A stretch of DNA of 64,000 nt from the human T2T-CHM13v2.0 reference genome, Homo sapiens. Position numbers and translations under genes: made by a program. Shown piece after piece: positions 1-13,345 of this stretch (the first letter of the stretch is position 1; each line of letters opens with the position of its first letter). The notes beneath the pieces were generated by a model. It ran no database searches. It was not told where the DNA came from and saw only the letters and a program-made list of their open reading frames with translations. The stretch covers positions 43,776,001-43,840,000 of the forward strand of contig CP068257.2 in the NCBI GenBank assembly GCA_009914755.4, in the 5' to 3' direction.

Positions 1-1299
1 CATGGTGGCAGATGGGGTCACCTCGCCACCTCGGGGCTGATCCCCTGTGGGGCCCCTCGTTCCCACAGGAGCCTTGTGATGGGCAGGGCAGGCACCAGCA
101 CCAGGCTGGGTGGCGGTTTGGCTCTCACCACGCCGGCTTCCAGAAGGCCAGCAGGCTTGCGAGTGGGCACACGCTGGTGCTGGGGCCGGGCACTGGTGGG
201 GGGTCAAGGGCTGACCCCTGCGGGGACCCCTGCAGACAGACACTGGGCCAGAGCCACAGGCAGGAAGGCCAATGGGAACGGCAGGAGGAGGGAGCGTGAT
301 TGGTTACGGTGGCGGAGCTCGCACCCACCCCCGCAGCCGTTTGTTCGTTTGCTCATTTATTTTTGGTCTGAAGTCCATGCTTTTGTATTTCCCCACCGTT
401 CCGTTGAGCAGCTTCAACATTTGCCGCAGTTAGGCCTCTCTGGAATCTGTGCTTAGAGATTGTGAGACAGGGTCAAGTTTCAGCAGCTCGGACTCCTCTG
501 TCTGCAGAGAACCTGCCAGCACAGCTGCTCCTGGGGGCAGGAGAGGCACTGTCTGTTTTGGGGTGACGTGAGCTGATGGGAAAGCCAGGCTGGACATAGC
601 TCCTGGGCCGGCAGCCCATCTTGGTGGCGGCTTCACGCCGTCTGGCATCTCCGGTCCTGGAGCATGAGGGCTCAGGAAGAGCCTCTGATTCGGCTGCTCT
701 GGAGGCCTCGTCTGGACACACCTGGGCAGGCCCGAGTCCACACACCCTATGGCCTCAGGAACCGAGAGAGACCTTCCTTCCATGTTTCAACTTAGACAAC
801 AGGAGACTTTGTTTTGGGAGGAATCACTCAATTCAGGTGGACGCTGCAGCTGGGCGGGACATCTGGCCTCTCCCTGTGGCAGGGAGGGGCATGGGAGAGA
901 CAGGGGTAGTGTCCCAGGAACTCCGTGGGCCTGTGGCGAAGTCCCAGCCCTGCAGCTGCCAGTGCAGGGTGTTATCCAGGGGCAGGACATCGTCTGCAGT
1001 GGCTCTGCCTTCCCCGATGCCAGGTGACCCCATGGAGCCAGTGTCTGTGACCTCTTCCATGCTGGGGCTAAAGAGGCCAGCAGGATTGGGGGCTGGCATT
1101 AGTGGAGAACCTCAGAGCCCAGGGCTGTGGGCTGATGGGTGGCGAGGCCCCCGCCAGCTGCTTGGGGATAGCCCAGCCACTGTTCTTGGTCCACCCGGCC
1201 TTTGATTCCTTTTTCCTGTGTGCATTTTTGAGCACCTTCTGTGTGCGAGAGGCCGTGCCTGCCCGAGAAGAGAAGGAAACACCACAATGAGCCTCGGAC

Positions 1300-1480
1300 A
1301 CCCACAGTCTGAAGGGCCCGGAGTAAGCCTCAGACGCCCACAGTCTGGAGGGCCCGGCGCTGTGAACGAGCAGTCACAGGGAACAGCGTGCCCTTATCGC
1401 TGACACAGGCTCTGGAGGGCCCGGCGCTGTGAGTGAGCAGTCATAGGGAACAGTGCACCCTTATCGCTGACACAGGCGAG
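1300..1480. repeat. Tandem duplication, about 67 bp unit x 2 plus a partial copy (ctggagggcccggcgctgtga[a/g][c/t]gagcagtca[c/t]agggaacag...cccttatcgctgacacaggc)
   Basis: Two near-identical adjacent copies are read directly (1345-1411 and 1412-1478), with a degenerate partial copy upstream. Confidence 0.8.
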
Positions 1481-1541
1481 GGCTTCGTCTTCTCACAGCT
1501 CTTATCTTGGGTGTCACCCCAGCCAGAGTCAGGGCTGATGG

Positions 1542-1559
1542 CGGGGGGTGGGGGGGGGC
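1542..1559 (+). repeat. G-run (gcggggggtgggggggggg), potential G-quadruplex
   Basis: Direct reading; four or more G-tracts of at least three Gs. Confidence 0.6.
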
Positions 1560-1922
1560 AGGCTGTGGTCAGGGACCTGCAGGAGAGGGGAGGGCCTCGC
1601 TTCTGATGGGCGACGTTCATTTACACACAGCTCTGCGGCCCAAACGGCCAGGCTGGATCCTGTCTTTTAAAAACCTTGCTAATTTGGTTGATGGAAAATA
1701 TCATCTCAGAGTTCTGTTTTGTGAGTCCCCATTGCCATGCGGGCAAACATTTTCATCCACTAAGGGGCCGTCGTGTTTCTCTGGGAACGTGGCGTTCACC
1801 GTGTGGGTGAACTTTTTCACGCACTAAGGGGCCGTCGTGCTTCTCTGGGAATGCCGGGTTTGTGGCTCGTGCCCACTGCCCTGCAGGTGCATTCTCTTTC
1901 CCCGTAGCTTTTTGTCTGTTGA

Positions 1923-2378
<456 letters not shown>

Positions 2379-5300
2379 TAGAGATGGCACCCTGGAGTGG
2401 CCAGCAGAGCTCAGGGGCCTGCGGCCCAGGCACACAGACAATGGAGCTGGCCCTGCCACTTTGCTCATCTGTGGTGCAGGTCTGCTGAGGGGCCGTGAGG
2501 GTCCTGCAAGTGAAGGTGCTTGAGGCCTCAGTGCCTGTGGGGAGGCCACGTGGCACCTGTCAGCTGTTAGCGTCTTGACTCTGCCTTTGTGGATATGGAA
2601 TTAGAGATGCTTCTCACAGTAGTGGCTAAACTGTCAGGAAGCCTGGCCGTCATCTATGGTCCTCTTTGCCCTCATGGGTGGGATGCCGCCTAGTGTGATG
2701 GCTGAGAGCTCAGGCTGTGACCCTGAGTGTGTGTGGCCACGGGCAGGCTGCTCACCCTCTCCGTGTCTTGGTCTCTAATCTGTGCCTGGGGATGGTGGAG
2801 CGTCATGGGGCCATACAGGAAGGATGGGACATCACACATCGGCTTCCTGGGGTGTGTCCTGCTGACAGCCCTCTGAGGCCAGCCGGTCCTGAGGCTCTAG
2901 GGGGGACGCCACAGTGGAGAGAGGGCTCCATCCCCACCCTTAGGGCAGAGCCCCGTAGGAGGGACTGGTTTGCAACGTGAGTAAAATGGGTCCCCGTGAG
3001 CAGACACAGCTTTTGTGCTGCTTCTTACTGAGCCCCGCGCTGTGCCTGCTGAACTGAAAGATGTGTATTAGAGAGGGCAGCCATTCCCACCTCCTCCAGC
3101 CGCGCTACGTGTCCGCAGGCCAGGGCGCCTGCACCATGACAGGCTTCAACGCCCCTGTCGCGGGGACCCAGGGAACACCTGTCTCCTCCACTTGCTGGAT
3201 TTGTGACTGGGCGGCAAACATTTTCTAAAGTCTCCCGCTACGACCCCTCGGCTGTCAGGAGACTTCTGAGAAAGCCGGGCCTCTTTTGCCCCAGCGAGGA
3301 GCTTTCTTGTGAAGAGGCAGTTCCCGGAGGGAGGCGTCTGTGCTTTGTAAAGTTTAGCCTCATGTGCTGCCTCTGAGGAGGAGTTCAGAGAACATCCGCT
3401 TCCTTTCTGTTATCATCTCAGCCTTCCAGCCAGAAAGAAGGAAGCGTCCATGGATCCCGTCCACGCTAACCTTGGGGTCCCTCTGCCAGCCCTGCACATC
3501 CTTGTCCCTGGGCACTGAGGGAAGCAAAGGCCCCGCCAGCCATGCCCAGCACTTGTGCCTTTGCAGAGGCTAGAGGCAGGGTAGAGGATGGAGAGGGTTT
3601 AAAAGGCAGGTTCCCAGGAAATTCCCTAGGTGTGGGATTGGAGGGGTGCTGAGGGAGGTGGCGGACCCTCAGGGGCAGGAGCCTTATGGAGTGAGCTGGT
3701 CCATGGAGCTGGGAGGCGTCTTCTAGTATAAATTCTCATTTCAGCTAAACAGCTTGCCCTCTCCAAGCCCGTGTGCACCTGAACCATCTCTGCTCTCTGA
3801 GCCTTGGTCCCTTGGAGGAGCAGGAGGAGGTGGAGGAGGAGGATCGGGAGGAGGAGGGGGAGGCCCTTTCTGTATTGGATGCACCGCCTGGCCCCAGGCC
3901 CTCCTGCCCAGCCTTGTGGCTCTGGCCGTCAATCAGCTCCCTTCTCCTGGCTTTGCTGCTGCCCTGCCTCTTGCTAGGAGGCCATGGTGTGCCTGTGCCT
4001 GGCAGGCAGTGTTGCTGCTGACCTCTCATCTGTTTTGGGTCCCCAAATCTCAGCCCTGTCTCCCTTTCGGGGGCACATCTTGATGCGGGGTCTCTGATCC
4101 CCTCGGGGCAGCAGGACATCCCTGTTTTCCAGCTGAAATGAGACTTCACCCCCAAAGGAATGGGCTCCAGTGCGACCTACTCAGGTTGTTAGTCACACGT
4201 TTCTATTGTGAAAATGACTGAGAATGTTGTGGGAGGTTTGGAAACCAGGAAGACCACCTGTCCCAATTCAGCCTTTCCTGTCATCACAGGGGACGTCTGG
4301 CATTTTAACAGACCTGGGCGGCCTCCTGCAGACAAGGCTCGGACCCTGCGGCCGACTCTGCCCCAGGCCTGGCCCCTGCTGATGGCCATGCTCCGGGCAT
4401 GTGGCCTGAGGGCCTCACGGACAGCCAGCCTCCCAGACCAGAAAACAGCCCTGCCCGCCAGTGAGAGGGCAGACAGATGGACACTAATGTCCCCGAACCT
4501 AAGAAACAAAACCCAAAACCCTCATTTATGCTTCCACTTCCGATCACACGCATAGAAGGCCGAATACTGACCCCGAGCTGACCACCCCGGCCTGTGGGAC
4601 CCGTGAGTATGGCCTGTGTGTGGGATGAGGCTCAGGATCAGGTGCAGATGACCCTGGATTATCAGGTGGGCCCCGCGTCATTACGAGGGTCCTTATAGAG
4701 AAGGGGCAGGACAGGGAGAGGAGGGGATGATGGAGATGGAGCCGCTGGGGAGGGCATGAGAAGACCAGGAAGTGGGTTCCCCCTGGAGCCTCCAGAGGAC
4801 CCCTGCGGGCACCGTGACTTCTGACTTCCAGTCTCCTGAGCTCTGAGGGATGCCTGTGTTGCTTTAAGACACTGACTGACTTGTCCCAGCAGCCAGAGGT
4901 GACAGTGCGGCGTGGTGTTGGTTCACCGAAGGGGTGGCATTAGTGACCATGGGAATAAGGGCCTCTCACCTGCGAAGGGCCACTCCGTGGGGCAGGAAGT
5001 CTTGGATGTGTGCCGGCTTCAGCAGGACCCTCAAGGCTGCTGGGGGTCAGAATATGAGCACTTCCTGCACACCCAGGGCCACCCCAGGCTGCAGGCTTTG
5101 TGGAGACTTAAAGATGAGTCCTCGGCCTTCGGAATCTCCTGACTCAATGGAACCTCTGGTCTTCAGGTCCCCAGGATGACCTCCCAACAGGCCCAGGGCA
5201 GCAGCCAGGAGCTGGACACCCGGGGCTCAGAGCTCAGGACCGGCTGCCACGGGTGGGGCAGGAGGAGGGGCAGGACCATGCGCAGGGGCGGCGGAGCGGG

Positions 5301-6099
5301 GCTGTGAATGGAGCCCCCCTTCCGGAAGATGGATGCAGGTGGGAACCAGCGTGGTGTGGAGTTGAGAGCGGGGGTGCGGCAGGCGGCCGGGGCAGGCCCC
5401 GGACGGGAAAGTGCAGGCGGTGCCATTGATCAGACCCTGGCTGGGGGCCTGGGGTTCACGCCTTGCCTGGCCTTCAGAGAGGTGCGAGCTCTACTTTTGG
5501 AGAATGAGGCAAAGGCGCAGAAGCACTCCCGGAAAGTGCCATCCAGCCCAGTGCCTGGCGCTGCAGCCGGGTGGAGCCCCAGGTGGTGCTCACGCAGCCA
5601 GGCGGGCATGGTGTGTTGGGGGTTTTCATAAAGAAAAGCTGACCAGGCACGTGCCAAGCAGGCCCTCAGCCCTGAGGGTACTTGCCGGGGGCCGGGAGAG
5701 TGTGGGCCCCCGCTTATCCAGAACACTGCGTGGGCCCTCGGCTATCTGGAATGCCTTGCCGGGCCTTTCAATTATCCAGAACACACAGCCAGACCCCTTC
5801 TGTTATCCGGACTGCCCAGCAACACCGGGCAGGTATGCCTCTGTGACCCTGACCCAGCTGAGTTGGGAACGTGGCCACACCGGCCCTTCCTGTGGGGCCC
5901 GTGAAACCTGTGAATCACGCCTCTCATTGGCATCTGGATCGTGGCTCCCTAGACCCGGCTTTTTAAACCTATTCTTGGGGAATGGGGACCTTCTCTGAGG
6001 TCCATCTTGGTCAGGAGCAGTAGGGCCGGCCAGCCTGGATCTCTGTCCTGCAGCCCACTTTCTGGCCAGGAGACTGGGGCAGCACACATAGTCTTGCCA

Positions 6100-6245
6100 T
6101 GCCCAGTGTCCTTTGTGAACTGGGGCCGGTGTGGGGGTGGCCGGGGCACAGTCTCCCCACGCCTGGTGTCCTTTGTGAACTGGGGGTGGTGTGGGGACCG
6201 CGAGGCTCCGCACTGGTGTGGGGGTGGCCGGGGCAGGGCGGTGTT
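6100..6245. repeat. Tandem repeat, about 62 bp x about 2.3 (ccagtgtcctttgtgaactggggccggtgtgggggtggccggggcacagtctccccacgc)
   Basis: Direct reading of adjacent copies. Confidence 0.75.
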
Positions 6246-6279
6246 TGCTTGGATTCAGAAATCCAGGCCCCTAGGTGTT

Positions 6280-6430
6280 GAACCTGAGGACAGTGTGCTC
6301 TCCTGGGCCTCGGTCCGTCCTCTGTGACCTGGTCACCCAGCATCTCTTAGATTTCCTCTGAGGACAGTGTGCTCTCCTGGACCGCGGTCCGTCCTCTGTG
6401 ACCTGGTCACCCGGCATCTCTTAGATTCCA
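6280..6430. repeat. Tandem duplication, about 75 bp x 2 (aacctgaggacagtgtgctctcctgggcctcggtccgtcctctgtgacctggtcacccagcatctcttagatt)
   Basis: Two copies at about 6280-6355 and 6358-6430 with a few mismatches. Confidence 0.8.
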
Positions 6431-6612
6431 GCTTAGGCTCAGCAGGTGCTAAATATTATTCAGATTGGAGCTGCATGCTGACTAGCACACAGTTTCTAGT
6501 TGAACTCCAGAGGTGCAGCCTCGACTCTCCCACTTGATTGGAAGCAGCACAGCTCACTTTGCCTGGGTCTTTTATCCCCAGCCCCAGCGCCCGCCCCTGA
6601 CAACTCTTCCCT

Positions 6613-6665
6613 TCCCTCGTTCTGCATATGCTCGTTCTGCATATCCTCGTTCTGCATTTCCTCGT
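6613..6665. repeat. Short tandem repeat (ctcgttctgcatatc)x3
   Basis: Direct reading. Confidence 0.7.
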
Positions 6666-8437
6666 CTGAATTGCAAGCTGGTCTTGCTCTCGAGAGAGTG
6701 ACAGTGCTTTCAGTGTCAGGTATGTTTTCTTGTTCCGTGAGTTTTCAGATATTTGGAAGCAGCTAATTTGATCTTTACCCTTCTGTTTTCAGCAGAAATA
6801 ATTCTAGTTCCCTAAGTTATTTTTGTTAAAGGGCTTTTCTGACTGTCGGTGTTCTTGGTTGCTTTTGGTTGTGGCGGGTTGCTGTTTAGATAATGTGTGT
6901 TTTGGGAAATGATCTTCCCAAAGGTGGTGCTGGGATCCCGGAGAGCCCGCCCAGATTCCCCAGGAGCAGCTCCTACCCTCACTGCCAGACCCTGCTGGTT
7001 TTTGTATTTCACGTGGACTCACCTCCTGGCTTGTCAGGGCCTTGTGGGATTCTTAGCCTCTTAATGGATACGAATGGCACCGGCTTGCCTTACCTCCTTC
7101 TGGCGCTTGCTTCTCTGTGCTTGTGGGCTGTTCCACTGTAGTCTCTGGATTGGCCCCCGAACGTGCCTGCCTGCTGTGCAGGGATCCCTGGGTTCCCCGG
7201 GGCTTGGGGCCCTTTCACCTGCAGGTTCCCTGTCCTGCGGTCTGTGGCTTGCTCAGTGTCCTCAGGTGTCCTCTTCCGACTCGAGGGTCTCACGGGTGCC
7301 CCCGCCCTGCCTGGCCCAGCTGCCCTCTCTGTGGCATTTCTAGGACCGCGGTCTCTCTGGCATTCTGTGTGCCAACTTCTGCTCCCTCCAGCTCCCTGAT
7401 GGGCTTTTCAGCACATCCCAGGACCTGTGCACCAGGCCTGTTAATAACAACAGACTGTGGGGTGACCGCTCTCGGCCGGGGGATGTGGTTTGGCCCAAAT
7501 CCTCTGCATCCGTTGTTGTAGCCACTGTGGTCTGGGCAGAGCTGGGCCCTCCATCCTGGGTGCCACTCCCGTGAAGTGGTGAAGGAGGTGCTGCTCTGTG
7601 GAAAACGCTAAGGGTGGGGAGAATTGCACCGTAGGGAAGAGAGAAAAGGGGGTTCTGGCCTCCAACCTCCTTCCCCAGGCCCCACCCACAGCGCAGCTGG
7701 CAGCACTCTGTGTCTCCGGCCTCTTCCATCTCCCCAGACCCGTCTTTCCTGGGAGGTGGCCTTGGCATGGCCAGTCCTGCTGCCGCAGGAACCGAGAAGG
7801 GCAGGTGCCTGTTCGTTAACGTGTGCCGCCCCCGGAGCGCTGGCTGTGAGTGGGGGCGCCTGGCGTGGGGCTGGACGGCCAGGGCCTGCTGTCTAGATGT
7901 GCAGTGACAAGACCCTTCCCTTCCAGGGGAGCCGGCTCTGACTCCGAGCTCTTTGTGGGCTGCATCTGCAGATTGAGGACAGCGCTGAGCGGAGCTGGCC
8001 GGGTGCTCATCCCTGGTGGGGGCAGAGGGGTCTGCATCCCGGCCCCCGGCTGCCGAAGTGGTAGGGTGGGCGTGCCCTTCCCACGCCTGCCCGCCAGCAT
8101 CGCTGAGGGTCCCCGAGCTGGGGAGGGATGTCTCTGGCAGGGCAGCTCAGTGCTGGGCTCATTCTTCCCACGTCAAGGCAGCCGTCCCTTCTTGGTGGTT
8201 TCCCTTGCTTTGTGGCAGGAGCTGGTGGCCTGGGAACAGCTGCCGGGTGTTTAGATGAATTCCCGGGCTGGCTCTGGGGCGGCGCTTGCCCGGTCACTTG
8301 TCTGCTGCGATCACTGCAGAGGCTGCCTCCTTGCTGAGCCTCAGGGTGCTCACCGGCGGTTCCCACCTGCTCTGCACAGCCCGCCTCGTGCACCTGCTGA
8401 CCCCACCGTGTCCACAGCCCGCCCTCCTTGGCTCACA

Positions 8438-8615
8438 TCTCTTCCTGGGGTCTCAGGGAAGCGGCACCTCCTCAGGGGCCTCCCAGCCACCTCACGTCAC
8501 TTCCTGGGGTCTCAGGGAAGCGGCACCTCCTCAGGGGCCTCCCAGCCACCTCACGTCACTTCCTGGGGTCTCAGGGAAGCGGCACCTCCTCAGGGGCCTC
8601 CAAGGCTGTCTCTGC
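8438..8615. repeat. Minisatellite, about 60 bp x 3 (cttcctggggtctcagggaagcggcacctcctcaggggcctcccagccacctcacgtca)
   Basis: Three adjacent, nearly identical copies. They also produce the repeated peptide LTSLPGVSGKRHLLRGL in overlapping ORFs, a translation artefact. Confidence 0.85.
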
Positions 8616-8974
8616 TTTAGCATCGGGTTCCCGGGTCCCTCCCACCCCGACCTCCTGTGCCTGCGGCCCTGCGAGGCGTGATGGCCAATACACACCCTCT
8701 AGAGGGGCTTGTGTCATGTGGAACCAGCCAGACCCCCCGGACGGCTTGCAGGCAGGGAGATGGAGAAGCAACCCCTCCATGGGGCAGACAGTGCCATAGT
8801 CTTCACCGCCTCAGTCTGGGGGCATCAGGGCTGCAGGTCAGCTCTTCCCTGTCTTCAGTAAAGGATGGACGCGAGGACCAGGGTCCCCAGTGTCAGTGGC
8901 GGGTCAGGGATGCCAAAGTGCTGAGCAGAAGTTGGCCAGCCCTTGCCAGAGGCTCTGGAGCTGGGCCCTGACAC

Positions 8975-9245
8975 ACGATGCCGTGTGTAGTGACATGCAA
9001 TTCCATGTAGTGACGTGATTCCGTGTAGTAAGGCGATGCCGTGTGTGGTGACGTGCAGTTCCGTGTAGTGACGTGATGCCGTGTGTGGTGACATGCAGTT
9101 CCGTGTAGTGACGTGATGCCGGGTAGTGACGTGATGCCGTGTAGTGACGCAATGCCGTGTAGTTACATGATGCTGTGTGTAGTGATGCGCGATGCCGTGT
9201 GTGGTGACACGATGCCGTGTGTGGTGACACTTAATGTCATGTAGT
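8975..9245. repeat. Minisatellite of degenerate about 20-40 bp units (gtagtgacgtgatgccgtgtgtggtgacatgcagttccgt)
   Basis: Direct reading. The ORFs across it translate to repetitive HVTTRH peptides. Confidence 0.8.
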
Positions 9246-11799
9246 GACACGCTCGCAGGATCGCCAAGGCCAGGCTGGCTCCAAAGGCTTGGGTCCGGCT
9301 TCCTGGGGCCACTGGGTGCTCTCTGAGGCCGCCCATCACTGTTCGGGCCCTGGGGTGGGAGCTGGGCTGCAAAGTGGCCTGGACTTTATGTCCTGCCAGG
9401 TACAGTGTTTCCCTCAGCAGATTTATCAGGCGTTTTGGGTGTAAATGCCAGGAAGCCTGGCTGGCGCTGAAGGACCCTCCTCAAAGCCACGGATGGGCAC
9501 CATGCTTAGGGGAGGACCTGGGGCCACTTGGTTGCATTGTGAAATTTTCATGATTTTTAAACAGTTTTATTTTTTAAAATTACTGAAGTCCAACAGGAGC
9601 ATTATTCAGCATTTGAGGCCCCAGCCAGTACAGCGCTGCCTGGAATAAAAAGTAAAATGTCCCCCGGAACCCCAGCCCTCAGTTCTCCCTCCCTGGACCC
9701 CCCTCCTGAGAATCTTCTCACAACCTTGGCTTACTGACTCCACATTACGGCCGTGTCCCCGCTCTGTGGCCCGGTGGACGCAGGTAGCTTTGACTCAAAA
9801 CAGGAATTTGTTTCCATCCTTTCACGGTCACAAATAATAAAAAGCAGCTTCTGGACAACAATGAAGTTGAGATAAATACCAGGACCAGACCGGCCACGGG
9901 AGCCGTGGGTGAGCCGAGGGTCCCCCTCAGGACCCCTGCATCCTGCCTGAGTGTGCAGCAGCTCCCCCCGACAGGAGCGTCAGGGCCGGTCTCCTCCGAG
10001 TCTCCTGGCAGAGGCGTTGCTGTCGCAGCTGGCACTGTGCATGGCTGGCAGCAGAAGTCTGTGCTTGGCAGCCCTCGACACCTGCTGGATGTGTTTGCAG
10101 GGCTGGGCAGGCACCTGTCCCACGGCCCAGCCCCGAGGGTCTCGTGGCACCAGCCTGGCAGGACGGGCAGCAGGGAGTTAACGGGAGCCACTGCGAGGAC
10201 ACTGTGATCTCAGAGCTGCGTCATCGCTGATGGAAGAGGTGACGTCCCCTCCACAGAAAGCGCCTTTGTGGGCGACCCTGGCTCGTCCCCCTGCAGCCCC
10301 CACGCAGGTAGTGGGCTGCCCTCTCCCTCTCCCGGAGTCCCCTCGGGGCACCGAGAACAGACCCCTCCTTCATCCCTGCTGTCAGCTCATGACACCGGAC
10401 AATTTGGGTCCCAATTATATCTAGAGAACCAGGGGAAAGGTCACGTTGTCTAGACATTAATCCAGCACTGTGGCATTTTTTCCTGGGCCTGTATCCTGGC
10501 AACAGGAGGGCGAGTGGGGGCCCCAGCTCCTCCCCTCCTCAGAACCTTCTGGGGCTGGAGGTGTGGCATGTGCAGGGAAGGCAGCCTGGAGAAGGCGGTG
10601 CCCTTGGGCTGGGCCTGCAGTGGGCAGCCATGCAGGACTCCATGGGAGGAGAAACCACAGCTCTCGGCTGTGCTGGGGTGGGGTGAACAGTGGCGGGGAA
10701 CCTTGGGGAGCTGTGGATGGCCCAACCTCATTGGAAGCTGTGCGTGGCCAAGCTCAGGCACCTGCTCTGCCTCTCCCAGTCCTGCCTGTGTCTGTCCTGG
10801 TCACGGATTCCTACCTCTGTCCCAGGAGGGTGTGAGGACAGTCTGTGCCACTCACCCGTGTCTGCTCCGAGCCAGGAGACTCTGGCCACCCCCACCCCAC
10901 CCAGCCCTGCCTCGAGGTCCTGCACTGGTCCCTGCCCGGTACCGGGTCAGCTGGTGCCTGCCTGTCCTGCCCTGCACTCCTCAGGCTCCTCAAGGACAGA
11001 CGGACAGACAGGCACTCTAGAGAAGGGACCTTGGCCAGACGGCTTTGCCGCCCCCACCCCCATAGGTGCTTGCTTTGAGCCCCTTGCAAAGGTGAAGCCA
11101 GATCTGGGATCCCAGGGCCTGGTGCGGCTGGACATGGGAGGAGGGCCACGGTCACGCTTGCACGGGGCAGAGACTCCCAGAACCACAGGCCTCAGGAGAG
11201 CTGGGAAGGGAAGGAGAGGGCACTGCGGTGCCTGGAGAGCCAGAGTCCGCCCGTGTGGAAGTGTTGGGGGCTGTGTTGCAGTGACAGCCCTGGCGTCTCA
11301 GGAGCGGAGCAGGACACCGCGTTTCTGGCTGTGCAAGGCTCCACGCGGGTCAGCAGCCCATCCTGGCTTGTCATGCTGTTAATTAGATTGGAAAACCTCG
11401 GCCTTCCATTTCTTAAATTGCTCACTCCTGCAGTCCTCTTCTCTTGCCTGCAGGCCTGGAAGGTGTGGAGCGGGTCAGGTGGCTGGCAGGTTGCCAGGAA
11501 GGAAGCTCACACTGTTTCAGGGTTGGCCGGGTACTTGCCGTGCCTGCCTGGCACAGAGACCCTCATTCCTGCCACCTCCCAGGCAGTAGGCAGCCAGGTG
11601 GACCACCGAGTGGAGAGAACCTTTGAACACCTCAGCACCTGAGGCTCAGGGCCCTGTGACAGGACACAGCCCGGGGTCCCCCAGGGCCAGTTGCACCCCT
11701 CTGGAATTCCTGAGCACTGTGACTGTGACCTGTGTCATATGTGCGGCCTCTCAGCTTGCAACCCTCCATTCCTGCCTGTGGTGTGGTGCCATCTTCACC

Positions 11800-12055
11800 C
11801 CATTCCATGCCAACACACTCACACAGACACACGCTCGGGCCGATACGCACACATGGCTGTCACACACACAGGTTCACAGACACACAGGCTCACGCACACA
11901 CAGGTTCACATATACACAGCTCACACAAGCTCTCACACACACACGTTCACACACACAGGCTCACACATACAGGTTCACATACACATGGCTCACACACATG
12001 GGCTCACACACACACACACACATGCAGGCACACACAGGCTCACTGTGAGGTTTAA
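11800..12055. repeat. CA-rich low-complexity / degenerate tandem repeat (cacacaggctcac / cacacaggttcac)
   Basis: Direct reading. The ORF translations are HTHTH-type. Confidence 0.8.
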
Positions 12056-12110
12056 TCTCAGCAAAGTCTGAGCACCTGGACTTGGCTCAGGGACCCTGGC
12101 ACACCCGCTT

Positions 12111-12190
12111 GCTCTCTGTCTGTAGAGGGGCAGGAGGCCCTGGGTTTGGTGGGCTCTGTCTGTAGAGGGGCAGGAGGCCCTGGGCTTGGT
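12111..12190. repeat. Tandem duplication, 40 bp x 2 (ctctgtctgtagaggggcaggaggccctgggtttggtggg)
   Basis: Direct reading. Confidence 0.8.
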
Positions 12191-12545
12191 GGGCAGGCAT
12201 TTGGAGTGCGATGGCGGGGCCTCGCCTGTGGGCACTGAGGGTCTCACCTCTTCCTGCAGCTTTTGAAGGGATGGGAGGCTCCAGGATAGAGTTGCAGGAC
12301 AGAATAGATGGCAGAAGCCAGGAGCCGGGGCCTTTGCGTGGCTGCCTGGCCTGACGCACCTCGCGCCGTGCCAGGACCCGGGCAGGGCAGCAAAAGGCAT
12401 CTGTGAGTCGCCGTCCTGTGCGGGTCTCAGGGCACAGTGGGTGGCACGGGCTCTCCCAGCCGTCGGTTGGTGAAAAACGGGGCCTCCGCCCAGCACCCTG
12501 CCAAGGAAAGGGGAGGTAGCGGCCCCAGGTCAGGCCACTGGGTGA

Positions 12546-12949
<404 letters not shown>

Positions 12950-13317
12950 GAAGTGGTTTTAATGTCCCCACTTTTGACCACTTCTCCTTCTCCATAGGGC
13001 AAATCAAGCTTGGAAATGGTGTCCTGGAGCTTAAGGGAGTTGGAAACCATGGCTTATGTTCCATGGTGACATGGTTCTTGAGGGTTAGCTGGTCCAGTTC
13101 CCGCGTGTTGGCCGGTCTGGTCCCTGAGTGTTGGCTGGTCCACTTCCTGAGCGTTGGCCAGCTGCCCTTGCTGTGCTGGGGTACATTCCCCGAGCTTCCA
13201 CAGTTTCCCTTTCCTTGCTGCTGTATTCAGTGATTTGCAGAGAGAAAGGCGTGGAGCTCCACAAGCACCTCGGACGGCAGCAGGACCCTCCCAAAGCTGT
13301 GTCCACACACAGCTGGG

Positions 13318-13345
13318 CGCCCGCCCCCCGCCCCCCGCCCCCCGG
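13318..13345. repeat. (CCCCCCG)3-4 microsatellite
   Basis: cgccccccgccccccgccccccgg read directly. Confidence 0.7.
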